Part shown: one piece after another, positions 1 to 8,477 of the stretch | Layout: every line of letters begins with the position of its first letter | How positions within the stretch are numbered: the stretch's first letter is position 1 | NCBI GenBank assembly: GCA_964343605.1 | Contig: CAYFKJ010000002.1 | Coordinates: forward strand, 629,176-693,175 | Direction of reading: 5' to 3' | Origin: an uncultured Rhodospirillaceae bacterium | GTDB lineage: Bacteria; Pseudomonadota; Alphaproteobacteria; UBA2966 | DNA: 64,000 nt | Notes under the pieces: generated by a model | Seen by the model: only the letters and a program-made list of their open reading frames with translations | The model's database searches: none | Told to the model about the DNA's origin: nothing | Position numbers and translations under genes: made by a program

Positions 1-723
1 GACCGTGGGCAGCGAGAGCATTTCCTTCACCTCGCCGTCGGGCGAATAAACCGCCACGCTGTAACCGCCGTAGCGGGCGTTCCAGAAATTGCCTTGTGCG
101 TCGACCACGGCGCCGTCGGCGCCGAATTTCTCGCCCCTGACATCGAAGAAAACCTCCGGTTCCCCCAACGGCCAGCCATGTGTCGGATCGAGCCTTTGCC
201 GCATCACCTGCCCCTGCATGGTATCGGTGAAATACGCTACGTTGCCGTCTGGCGAAAAACACATGGCGTTGGGAACCGTAATGCCCGAAAAGAGCGCCCG
301 GACTTCGCCCCGATAGTAGCGGTAGATGGCGCCGGCCTTTTCCTCATGGGCGCAGCCCATGGTGCCGATCCAAAAACCGCCGTAGGGGTCCGCCCGTCCG
401 TCGTTGGAGCGCGTCACCGGATTGTCGTCTTCCAGGGGAACGACGGCCTCGCACTGTCCGCTTTCGATATCGAAGCGCGAAAGGGAGGAGGCGGTGGCGA
501 TCAGAAGGCTGTCGCGGTCGATCCAGCCGGCGGCGGAGATGGGTTCGCCGAATTGCCATTGACGCAACCCCTCGGCGGCGCGGTGATAAAGCTTCTGCGA
601 GATGATATCGAACCAAAACAGTTCGCCCCGTTCCGGGTGCCACAACGGGCCTTCGCCCAACACGTTGACCGTCTGATCGTAAACTTCCGCTTCCACCAAT
701 CTCTCCCCGGTTACTCGATTCAA
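1..723 (-). CDS. SMP-30/gluconolactonase/LRE family protein, 5' portion (C-terminus lies beyond window start); start TTG 723 or GTG 696
   Basis: Manual reverse-strand translation gives LNRVTGERLVEAEVYDQTVNVLGEGPLWHPERGELFWFDI...RSNDGRADPYGGFWIGTMGCAHEEKAGAIYRYYRGEV...FSPDGN...GNFWNARYGG with no stops down to position 1. These are hallmark beta-propeller motifs of the SMP-30/gluconolactonase family. It is not in the ORF track because it runs off the edge. It replaces the implausible + strand ORF 94..726. Confidence 0.7.
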   Translation of the reverse strand, partial: MNRVTGERLVEAEVYDQTVNVLGEGPLWHPERGELFWFDIISQKLYHRAAEGLRQWQFGEPISAAGWIDRDSLLIATASSLSRFDIESGQCEAVVPLEDDNPVTRSNDGRADPYGGFWIGTMGCAHEEKAGAIYRYYRGEVRALFSGITVPNAMCFSPDGNVAYFTDTMQGQVMRQRLDPTHGWPLGEPEVFFDVRGEKFGADGAVVDAQGNFWNARYGGYSVAVYSPDGEVKEMLSLPTV

Positions 724-736
724 TAAAAAATGGTCT

Positions 737-2068
737 TCATTCCTCCAGCTTGCGGCGCAGCAATTCGATGTGCAGTCGCAAGGTGTAGGCGCCGGAGGCG
801 AAGCCGGCTGGTACCGAGACCTGCTCCACCAAATCCTCGATTTCGCTGAGCCGGCGCCGGGCTTCGTCCCTGGAAATTTCGCCGAGCCTCATCCCGTCGT
901 CGACGGCCTGGAGTTCCTTGTACCAGCGGTCGACCTTTGATCGCATGCGCCAGCGGTAGGCCGGCGGCAGGATCTTGAACAGCGGATACAGCAGCGTCAG
1001 CAGCGGCAGCAGCATGATCTTGAGCCGGTCAAGAAGGTTGGCGACGCTGAACGGCAGATAGCGCTGCAGGAACGGCGGGCCACGTTCGTAAAAACGCTCG
1101 GCGGCGGGCTCCAGCGGATAACTGACATAGCGGGCCGAGGGGAACTCGCCGGCCGCCTCCAGGTGACTGCCCCGCCGGTGAGTGGCCTGCATCGTCAGCA
1201 GCAGCAGATCCACCAGCACCGGATGCAGCCGTTCGTTGGCGACGATCGTGGCGGCCGGGGCGAGGAGAACGGTATCCTCCGCCGGCAGGTTTTGCGCCAA
1301 ATCAACCGTGCCCTTCGGCAATACAATCTTGGAAAGGAAACTGTTGCGCCTGAGGTAGGCGTCGGCGCGTTCGAAACTCATCAACGCGATGCCCGGCCGG
1401 CTCAAGAGCTTGCGCACCGTCTGGGAAGTCACCGAGGTGACGAAGATGGCCGCGTCGACCTCGCCGGCGCTCAGCGCTTCAGCCGATTGGAGGCCGCCGA
1501 TCTCGACAATTCGGGTGTTTTGTTCGTTGATGCCGTTGTCCGCCAGCAGGTTGAGTGCCACCGCGCGCGTCCCGCTGCCCTTGGCCCCCACCGCGATGCG
1601 TTTGCCGGCCAGTTCGGTCAGCCGCCGGGGCGTGGCCTGATCGCGGACGAACACCCAGATGGGCTCGTAATAGATGCTGCCCAGCGCTCGGAGGTTCGGA
1701 TGATCGTCCGCTTCCCCGATGCCGCCCTGGAGGAAGGCCACATGGACGTCGCCCTCGGTCTTCGACAGATGTTCGAGGTTCTGCGTCGATCCAGCGGACG
1801 ACCTGAGCGCCAGTTCGATGCCCTCCTCGGCGAAGCGGTCTGCATAGGCCCTTCCGAAGGCGTGATAGGCGCCGCTTTCGGAGCCGGTCGCCATCACAAG
1901 CCGGTCCGGCGCTGCCGGATCGACGAACTGATAGGCCAGTACGAAGCCCGCGATTACCAGCGCAACGGCGGGCGCAACGATGCCGGCCTGCGCCCACAGG
2001 TTTCTGAGCAGGCGGCTGCGGCCCTTGCCGTTGGGCGTCTCCGGGGCGGCGTTGTCCTTATCCGGCAT
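737..2068 (-). CDS. TAXI-family TRAP-type solute-binding protein homologue with N-terminal TM anchor and C-terminal TM/coiled extension
   Basis: Core ATGSESGAYHAFGRAYADRF...STQNLEHL...VAFLQGG resembles TAXI (COG2358, Imp) receptors. There are hydrophobic segments at the N-terminus (IVAPAVALVIAGFVLAYQFV) and near the C-terminus (LLPLLTLLYPLFKILPP). No TRAP membrane subunit is adjacent. Confidence 0.6.
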   Translation of the reverse strand: MPDKDNAAPETPNGKGRSRLLRNLWAQAGIVAPAVALVIAGFVLAYQFVDPAAPDRLVMATGSESGAYHAFGRAYADRFAEEGIELALRSSAGSTQNLEHLSKTEGDVHVAFLQGGIGEADDHPNLRALGSIYYEPIWVFVRDQATPRRLTELAGKRIAVGAKGSGTRAVALNLLADNGINEQNTRIVEIGGLQSAEALSAGEVDAAIFVTSVTSQTVRKLLSRPGIALMSFERADAYLRRNSFLSKIVLPKGTVDLAQNLPAEDTVLLAPAATIVANERLHPVLVDLLLLTMQATHRRGSHLEAAGEFPSARYVSYPLEPAAERFYERGPPFLQRYLPFSVANLLDRLKIMLLPLLTLLYPLFKILPPAYRWRMRSKVDRWYKELQAVDDGMRLGEISRDEARRRLSEIEDLVEQVSVPAGFASGAYTLRLHIELLRRKLEE

Positions 2069-2086
2069 TTGGGCTGACTCGACCGG

Positions 2087-2944
2087 TTAACGGAGATCGG
2101 CGTGGGCTTGCATGGCAAGGCGGCCTTCCCCATCGGCGGCCCAAAGTTCGACACGCCCGTCCATCTCTCGGCCATTGATGGTGAAGGGCGAAATGTCGAT
2201 CAGCGGACCCATGGCCCGGAAAGCGAACTTGGCCACCTCGGCATCGGGCAAATATTTTCCGACCATGCCGATTAGCAGCGTCGAGGTGAAAGGTCCATGA
2301 ACGACCAGTCCCGGATAGCCTTCCACTTCGGTGCAGTAGGCGCGGTCGTAGTGGATACGGTGGCTGTTGAAAGTCAAAGCGGAGTACCGGAACAGTTGCA
2401 CCGGATCGGGTTCGATGTTTTCCGACCAATCGGCCCCTGTGGGCGCCGCCGGGGGTTCCGCCGGTTTGGCGTCGGGCGCATCGTCCTCCCGGTAGACGAT
2501 GTCATGTTCTTCGGATAGCCGGCATTCGCCGTCGACCAGAAAATCGTAGCGCACGGTGACGAAACACAATTCGCCCGTCCGCCCGCTTTTGGGCTGGATG
2601 CTGGTGATCGTGGCGCGTTTGGTGGCCTGATCCCCGATGCGCAGCGGCGTGTTGACCTCGACCCTTCCACCGGCCCACATGCGGCGGGGTAGGGGAAGGG
2701 GCGGAAAGAAGTCGCCTTTTTTCGGGTGACCGTCGCGGCCCAGGTCGGAATGCCGGGCGGCGGTCAGAAAATAGGCCCAGTGCCACAGTGGCGGCAGCGC
2801 GTCGCCGGCACCCGGCAGTGGAAATTCGCAATCGAAGGTGGCGTGAAACAGCGCCGCCTGTCCGGCCGCGATGAGGTCGTCGGCGCTTTCGGATTTACCG
2901 ATCCAATCTGAAAACTGTTCTTGGTTGATCGCCGTTTCTGTCAT
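2087..2944 (-). CDS. MaoC-like (R)-specific hydratase/dehydratase, two hot-dog domains (HTD2/COG3777-like)
   Basis: The N-terminal half resembles a FAS1-like dehydratase and the C-terminal half a MaoC hot-dog (YDRAYCTEVEGYPGLVVHGPFT...). There is an 18-nt gap to the TAXI gene and a 4-nt overlap with the upstream TPK gene, so they are likely co-transcribed. Confidence 0.55.
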   Translation of the reverse strand: MTETAINQEQFSDWIGKSESADDLIAAGQAALFHATFDCEFPLPGAGDALPPLWHWAYFLTAARHSDLGRDGHPKKGDFFPPLPLPRRMWAGGRVEVNTPLRIGDQATKRATITSIQPKSGRTGELCFVTVRYDFLVDGECRLSEEHDIVYREDDAPDAKPAEPPAAPTGADWSENIEPDPVQLFRYSALTFNSHRIHYDRAYCTEVEGYPGLVVHGPFTSTLLIGMVGKYLPDAEVAKFAFRAMGPLIDISPFTINGREMDGRVELWAADGEGRLAMQAHADLR

Positions 2945-3624
2945 GTCGTCTCATCCATCATCATGTCCAGCACGTTGCCGAGAAGATTGTTCGAGAGGAT
3001 TACGGCATAGGCCGCCTCCCCCGAATCCCGCACCGCGATCCGGACCGGGTCGGCAGTGACCCGGTTCGAGGTTCCGATCCTGGTTCCCTGCCTCATCGTC
3101 AGCCGGTCGAGCGCGTATTCCAGACCCTCGGAACGGTCGAACGTTACCGTTTCCATGGGATAAACGGAAATCCGCGCACCCAGGGGCAGGGACATTTCAA
3201 ATCGACCGCTGGCGAGCGTCAAGAGGTCGACGCCGTCGATCAGCACCACCGGTTTGTCGGGATGATACTTCATCACAACGTGCAGCGAGGCCAGTGAGTG
3301 GTCGAGGCGCCGGCCGAGGAAACCGAAAGCCAGGTAGAGCGGCGCTGCCGTGGCGTAGAGGCATTTCTCGAAATCGGTCGAATCCTGTTCCTCAAGATGC
3401 AGGATTTGGGTGCGGTCGTCCCAGCGGTCGCGGTCGACCAGGGAATCGAGGTCGCCGATGATCATCTCGGGCGGGGCTTCGGAGGGCGGCATGTCGTTGG
3501 CGCCGCCGTCGGCCGCCACTAGCGGAAAACCCCGGCCGCGGAGCTCGGCAACCGCGTCCCAATCGATGTCGCCGCCACCGACCAGCACAAGCGGATCGTC
3601 AAATTTGCGGGGTTTCATGTCCAT
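2941..3624 (-). CDS. thiamine pyrophosphokinase (thiamin diphosphokinase)
   Basis: LVLVGGGDIDWD...LVAADGGAN...IIGDLDSL (the GDxDS motif) and a C-terminal thiamin-binding-like region. I prefer the start at the internal MDMKPRKF (227 aa). The ORF track extends to 3741 with an alternative start. Confidence 0.6.
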   Translation of the reverse strand: MDMKPRKFDDPLVLVGGGDIDWDAVAELRGRGFPLVAADGGANDMPPSEAPPEMIIGDLDSLVDRDRWDDRTQILHLEEQDSTDFEKCLYATAAPLYLAFGFLGRRLDHSLASLHVVMKYHPDKPVVLIDGVDLLTLASGRFEMSLPLGARISVYPMETVTFDRSEGLEYALDRLTMRQGTRIGTSNRVTADPVRIAVRDSGEAAYAVILSNNLLGNVLDMMMDETT

Positions 3625-3679
3625 ACGAGTTGTTCGCCTTTTCCATCGCTTGCTTCCGGACACTATATCCTTATATTGA

Positions 3680-3768
3680 GCCTGTCTCTCTGGGGTGCCC
3701 GATAGGGCTGAGAAAAACCCATTGAACCTGAACCAGATCATGCTGGCGGAGGAAGTCGGAGACGAAAA
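3680..3768 (+). promoter_or_regulatory. TPP (thiamine pyrophosphate) riboswitch, THI element
   Basis: ctgGGGTGCCCgatagGGCTGAGAaaaACCCattGAACCTGAaCcAGATCATGCTGGCGgAGGaAg matches the conserved THI-box core (CUGGGGUGCCC...GCUGAGA...ACCC..UGAACCUGAUC..GGAUAAUGCCAGCG.AGGGA). It is flanked by a P1 pairing gtctc/gagac and lies directly upstream of thiB. Confidence 0.85.
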
Positions 3769-3833
3769 GGTACTTCACATACCCTTTCGAAAACTCATCC
3801 ACCGCCGCCCAACGCTATGAAGAGGGCGAGTTG

Positions 3834-4856
3834 ATGAAACGATCTACTATTCCAAACCTGGGCCTCCTGGTGGGGCTCGTTCTAATGGTCTGCGGCGCCG
3901 CGGCGTCGCAAGCAGCCGACAAGCCTGTGCTGACCGTCTACACCTACGATGCCTTTGCCGCGGAGTGGGGGCCGGCGCCGGCCATCAAGAAGTCGTTCGA
4001 GGCCGAATGCGACTGCATCCTCGATTTCGTCGCTACGGATTCCTCCATCGGCATTCTGCGCAAACTCCAGCTTGAAGGGGCCAACACCAAGGCGGATATC
4101 GCTTTGGGCCTCGACACCAACCTGACGGACGTTGCCCGCAAGACCGGCTTGTTCGACAGCCACGGGGCCGACACCGGCAATCTCGCACTGCCCGTGAGTT
4201 GGTCGGATGACACCTTCGTGCCGTTCGACTACGGCTATTTCTCGTTCGTCTACAACAGCGAGAAACTCAAGAATGCGCCGACCTCGTTCAAGGCTCTGGC
4301 CGAACGGGGCGGCGACTTCAAGATCGTCATTCAGGACCCTCGCTCCAGCACCCCGGGTCTCGGACTGCTGCTGTGGATCAAGGAGGCCTATGGCGACGAG
4401 GCAGCCGCCATTTGGGGCAAGCTGGCGCCGAAGATCCTGACAGTGACAAAAGGCTGGTCGGACGCCTACGGCTTATTCCTCAAGGGTGAAGCCGACATGG
4501 TATTGTCCTACACCACTTCTCCGGCTTATCACCTCATTGCCGAAAAGGACGCCCGCTTCAAATCGGCTGCCTTCTCGGAAGGACACTACATGCAGGTGGA
4601 AGTCGCCTCCGTGGTGAAGTCGACCAAGCAGCCCAAACTTGCCCGCCAGTTCATGCAGTTCATCCTGTCGGACGGCTTCCAGGGCGCCATTCCAACGGGA
4701 AATTGGATGTATCCGGCGGCCAAGACCGCGAGCGGCCTGCCCAAGGGTTTCGACACGCTTGAGGTTCCGGCAAAGTCGTTGTTGATGTCGAGCGACAGGG
4801 TCGAAAAGAACCGCAAGGCCTGGATCGACGAATGGCTTTCGGCGCTCAAGCGGTAG
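3834..4856 (+). CDS. thiB: thiamine ABC transporter periplasmic substrate-binding protein
   Basis: Signal peptide, then a TbpA/ThiB-like mature protein (LTVYTYDAFAAEWGPAPAIKK...STPGLGLLLW...). It sits downstream of the TPP riboswitch and upstream of thiP/thiQ. GAGGG lies 11 nt before the ATG at 3834. Confidence 0.85.
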   Translation: MKRSTIPNLGLLVGLVLMVCGAAASQAADKPVLTVYTYDAFAAEWGPAPAIKKSFEAECDCILDFVATDSSIGILRKLQLEGANTKADIALGLDTNLTDVARKTGLFDSHGADTGNLALPVSWSDDTFVPFDYGYFSFVYNSEKLKNAPTSFKALAERGGDFKIVIQDPRSSTPGLGLLLWIKEAYGDEAAAIWGKLAPKILTVTKGWSDAYGLFLKGEADMVLSYTTSPAYHLIAEKDARFKSAAFSEGHYMQVEVASVVKSTKQPKLARQFMQFILSDGFQGAIPTGNWMYPAAKTASGLPKGFDTLEVPAKSLLMSSDRVEKNRKAWIDEWLSALKR

Positions 4857-6517
4857 CCGACCCGCCGCCGGGGCGGACAGCCCGATCAATTGTGGTCGGG
4901 CTGGCTCCCGGCGTTGCCATTTCCGTGGCGCTGCTGGCGATTGTCGCCTCGCTTTTCGCGGCCATCATCGCGGCGGCGCCGGACAGTGCCGCCACCGCAT
5001 TCGATGTGGGCGGGATCGGCCACATTCTTTGGATTACCGCCGTTCAGGCGGGTCTTTCCACGCTGTGCTCGATCACGCTGGGCCTTTTGATTGCCTGGAG
5101 CCTAAGTCATCGGCGGGAGTTTCCCGGCCGGCGAATTTTGATCGATCTGTTGGCGATCAGCATGGTCCTGCCGACCTTGGTGGCGGTTTTGGGGCTTGTT
5201 TCGGTGCTGGGCCGTAACGGTTGGTTGAATGCCGCGTTCGACGCCCTATGGGACGGCGGTATCGGCGGCGCCATCTACGGCTTGGGCGGTATCGTTATCG
5301 CCCACACCTATTTGAACGGTCCGTTCGCCGCCCGCACGCTGCTGCATCAATTGGAAGTCATTCCGGGTGAACGCTTCAAGGTGGCCCGCAGTCTCGGCAT
5401 GACGCCGTGGCAGCGTTTCCGGTTGGTCGAATGGCCGGCCCTGGCGCCGGCGCTGCCCGGCCTTGCCGGCCTGATATTCCTGCTGTGTTTCACGTCGTTC
5501 GCCGTCGTTCTCGTGCTGGGCGGCTCGCCGAAATTCAATACGCTGGAAGTGGCGATCTACGAAGCCGTAAAGCTCGACTTCGATCTTGTCCGGGCGGTCG
5601 GGCTGGCGTTGGTTCAGCTCGCCGTGTGCGGCGCGCTGGTGTTGCTGGCGGCCGGCGCCCGGCTGGAGGATCAATCCGCGACACCCTTGCCGCGATCGGA
5701 CATTTGGTCGGATCCCATCCGCACCGTCTACCTGCAAGCCGTCTTGATCGCGGCGTTCGTACTGTTCTTTCTCGGGCCGCTGATATCCGTGGTCGCCGAC
5801 GGTTTGAGGGCCGATTTTGGCGCAATCGCCGGCCAGGCATCTTTCCGGAGAGCCCTTCTCACAAGCCTGGTGATCGCCACCGCTTCAAGTCTCCTGACCC
5901 TTGTGCTGGCCTTGAACCTGGCCGGCGCGAAACGCTTTCTGGCCTCGCCGCTGCGGGCACCGCAAACGCCGTTGACCTGGTTGTTGGGGTGGCTGATCTC
6001 GTTCTGCGGGGCGATTTATTTGGCGCTCCCCGCTTTGGTGATGGGGCTGGGATTTTTCCTTGTCGCCCGACGCGTCGGCGCCGACCTTTCCCTCGTGGCG
6101 CCGTGGGTGCTGTTGTCCGCCAACGTCCTGCTCGCGCTGCCGTTCGCCATGGTCATCCTGACGCCGGCGATGGAGAAGGCGTCGCGCAAGTACGACAGAC
6201 AGGCCTTTGCGCTCGGCGTTCGCGGCTGGTCGCGGTGGCGCATCGTCGAATGGCCGTTGCTGCGGTCGGAAATCGCCTTTGTCGGCGCGATATCGTTCTG
6301 CCTGTCATTCGGCGATCTCGGTGTTATCGCCCTGTTCGGCAATCGCGATTTCGCGACGTTGCCTTGGCTGCTCTATCAGAAAATGGGCTCGTACCGGACC
6401 GACGATGCCGCCGGGATCGCCCTCATCCTGCTGGGTCTGACCGTCCTCGTGTTTTTCGCCCTTCCCAGGTTGCTTGGCCGGCGGACCGCGGAGCGGGAAC
6501 TTCATGCTGACGCTTGA
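4832..6517 (+). CDS. thiP: thiamine ABC transporter permease (two fused permease domains)
   Basis: About 560 aa polytopic protein with two ABC permease EAA-like loops. An in-frame GTG at about 4892 is an alternative start. Confidence 0.85.
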   Translation: MAFGAQAVADPPPGRTARSIVVGLAPGVAISVALLAIVASLFAAIIAAAPDSAATAFDVGGIGHILWITAVQAGLSTLCSITLGLLIAWSLSHRREFPGRRILIDLLAISMVLPTLVAVLGLVSVLGRNGWLNAAFDALWDGGIGGAIYGLGGIVIAHTYLNGPFAARTLLHQLEVIPGERFKVARSLGMTPWQRFRLVEWPALAPALPGLAGLIFLLCFTSFAVVLVLGGSPKFNTLEVAIYEAVKLDFDLVRAVGLALVQLAVCGALVLLAAGARLEDQSATPLPRSDIWSDPIRTVYLQAVLIAAFVLFFLGPLISVVADGLRADFGAIAGQASFRRALLTSLVIATASSLLTLVLALNLAGAKRFLASPLRAPQTPLTWLLGWLISFCGAIYLALPALVMGLGFFLVARRVGADLSLVAPWVLLSANVLLALPFAMVILTPAMEKASRKYDRQAFALGVRGWSRWRIVEWPLLRSEIAFVGAISFCLSFGDLGVIALFGNRDFATLPWLLYQKMGSYRTDDAAGIALILLGLTVLVFFALPRLLGRRTAERELHADA

Positions 6518-7163
6518 AAACCTCCTCTTCCGCTATCGCGACAGCGCGGGGCCGCACAGCTATCGCTTCGACCTATCCGTCGAGCCCGGCATGATCGCCG
6601 GGTTGACGGGCCGCAGCGGCGCGGGAAAATCGACTTGCCTCGATTTGATCGCGGGTTTCCTGCGGCCCGACGGCGGCCGTGTGCTTGTCGACGGTGGCGA
6701 CATTTCCGGCCTGCCGCCGGAGCAGCGCCCGCTAACGATCCTCTTCCAGCGCAACAACCTGTTCGAACATCTGACGGCGACGGACAATGTCGCCCTCGGC
6801 ATTAATCCGGGACTGCGGTTGACGGATACGGAGCGGCAGGAGGTCGAACGGGCGCTGGCGGACGTAGGCCTCGGCGCCCTGCAGTTTCAACAGGCATCCA
6901 AGCTGTCGGGCGGCGAACAACAGCGCGTTGCCCTGGCGCGCTCGCTGGTGCGCCGCAAGCCCGTGTTGCTTCTCGACGAGCCCTTCAGCGCGCTGGACAC
7001 GGAAACCAAGCAGGAAATGTTGTCCCTGGTGCGGGAGATCGTCTCCACCAGACGCCTGGCGGCTCTGATGGTGACCCACGACGTCGAGGATTGCCGCCGG
7101 GTGGCGGATCGCCATTTCGTCATCGAGAACGATCAGGTGAAACGCTTGCCTCTTGACGGCTGA
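6504..7163 (+). CDS. thiQ: thiamine ABC transporter ATP-binding protein
   Basis: Walker A GRSGAGKST, signature LSGGEQQRVALAR, Walker B LLLDEPFSALD and an H-loop VTHD. The start at MLTLENLL overlaps the thiP stop. Confidence 0.85.
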   Translation: MLTLENLLFRYRDSAGPHSYRFDLSVEPGMIAGLTGRSGAGKSTCLDLIAGFLRPDGGRVLVDGGDISGLPPEQRPLTILFQRNNLFEHLTATDNVALGINPGLRLTDTERQEVERALADVGLGALQFQQASKLSGGEQQRVALARSLVRRKPVLLLDEPFSALDTETKQEMLSLVREIVSTRRLAALMVTHDVEDCRRVADRHFVIENDQVKRLPLDG

Positions 7164-7212
7164 TCGGGTGGACTGACGGCTGTCGACCTTTTTGCGCCGG
7201 GAGTTGTGAACG

Positions 7213-8007
7213 ATGAATTGGGACTTCGTGACAATCGAGAAGAGGGGACGGATCGCCACGGTGCGTTTTGACCGCGGCAATTCGGCCAACGCCATGTCCC
7301 GGCAATTGCTTCAGGAACTGACCGAAGCGGCCCAGTCCTTCGAGGACGACAGCCAGACTTCTGCGGTCATCCTCACCGGGCGGTCGGATAACTTCACGCT
7401 CGGCATGGATCTGAAGGATCCGGCGGTCGAACGCCTGCGGAGCGAAGGGTTGGCCGACCGGCGCCTGGCGCTGAAGGCCGGGGGCCGGATGTGCGCCGCC
7501 TGGGAAGCCATTGAGCCCATGACCATTGCCGCCATCGAAGGCTGGTGCGTCGGCGGCGGCGTGGCCCTGACCGTAGCGCTCGATCTCCGCATACTGGGGG
7601 CGGGAGCCACCATGTACGTTTCCGAGATCGAACGCGGCATGAACATGAGTTGGGGGTCGGTACCGCGCATCACCAATATTGTCGGCCCGGCCAAGGCCAA
7701 GCGCGTGGTCGTGATGGCAGAGCGGGTGGCGGCGGCAAGGGCCGTGGATTGGGGGCTGGCGGACGAGACGGTGGCGGCAGGGGGCGCCTACGACAGGGCC
7801 CTGGAGATGGCCGAACGCATCGCGGACCTGCCGCCCGTTGCCGTGCGCATGTGTAAGCAGGACATCAACGCCTACGCCAACGCCTTGAACCATGCCGCCA
7901 GCCATAGCGACTACGACCAATACGCCGTGGCGCAGGCGAGCGGCGATTTCGAGGAGGGTGTCCGCTCATTCCTCGAAAAACGGCCGCCCAAATTCAGCGG
8001 AGAATAA
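7213..8007 (+). CDS. enoyl-CoA hydratase/isomerase (crotonase) family protein
   Basis: Crotonase-fold motifs (AAIEGWCVGGGVALTVALDLRI, FLEKRPPKF). Confidence 0.8.
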   Translation: MNWDFVTIEKRGRIATVRFDRGNSANAMSRQLLQELTEAAQSFEDDSQTSAVILTGRSDNFTLGMDLKDPAVERLRSEGLADRRLALKAGGRMCAAWEAIEPMTIAAIEGWCVGGGVALTVALDLRILGAGATMYVSEIERGMNMSWGSVPRITNIVGPAKAKRVVVMAERVAAARAVDWGLADETVAAGGAYDRALEMAERIADLPPVAVRMCKQDINAYANALNHAASHSDYDQYAVAQASGDFEEGVRSFLEKRPPKFSGE

Positions 8008-8010
8008 AGC

Positions 8011-8424
8011 CTAGTCCGCCGGCTTCGGCAGTTTGGGCTCCTTGGCCTCGATGTCGCCGCCGGCTTCCTTCCAGGCGGCAAACCCGCCCGCCATGTGGCA
8101 AACCGGCGCCAGTCCCATGTCCTGAACCGCCTTTGCCGCCAGGGCCGAACGCAAGCCGCCGGCGCAGAAGAACACGAACCGCTTGCCGGTTTGGAATACG
8201 TCGCGGGCATAGGGACTTTCGGGATCGACCCAGAACTCCAGCATGCCGCGCGGCATGTGCAGGGCGCCCGGAATGGCGCCCTCCCGCCAAAGTTCCCGGA
8301 CGTCGCGAATGTCGATCAGGACAACGTCTTCGTCGCCGAAACTCTCCTTCACCTGGTCGACGGTCCAGGTTTCGATTTCGGCTTCGGCCTCGGCGCAAAG
8401 CTGCTTGATGCCTTTGGTGATCAT
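8011..8424 (-). CDS. single-domain rhodanese-like sulfurtransferase
   Basis: 137 aa with the active-site loop FFCAGGLRS (CxGGxR type). Confidence 0.75.
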   Translation of the reverse strand: MITKGIKQLCAEAEAEIETWTVDQVKESFGDEDVVLIDIRDVRELWREGAIPGALHMPRGMLEFWVDPESPYARDVFQTGKRFVFFCAGGLRSALAAKAVQDMGLAPVCHMAGGFAAWKEAGGDIEAKEPKLPKPAD

Positions 8425-8477
8425 TCGTCAAACGCTCCCGTAAAGATCATCCATTGCTGTTTCGATGGTATTCGGTC

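Noticed and set aside
94-726. 210-aa + strand ORF at the window start
   Set aside because: The sequence is low-complexity and not protein-like. The opposite strand in the same interval translates cleanly into an SMP-30/gluconolactonase protein, so this is an antisense frame artefact.
1163-2077. Long alternative-frame and antisense ORFs inside confidently assigned genes (e.g. 1163..2077+, 5407..6510+, 9564..10652+, 11472..13118-, 14093..14878-, 16139..17059-, 17336..18013-, 20075..20632-, 28898..29773+, 29749..30393+, 34518..35504-, 35921..36817-, 38949..39584+, 39837..40736+, 43669..44295+, 47911..48723-, 48775..49419-, 50950..52164+, 54230..55123-, 56319..57632+, 62319..63746-)
   Set aside because: These are typical high-GC artefacts. 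They are Arg/Ala/Gly/Pro-rich, have no recognisable domains, and fully overlap genes with strong homology on the other strand or frame.
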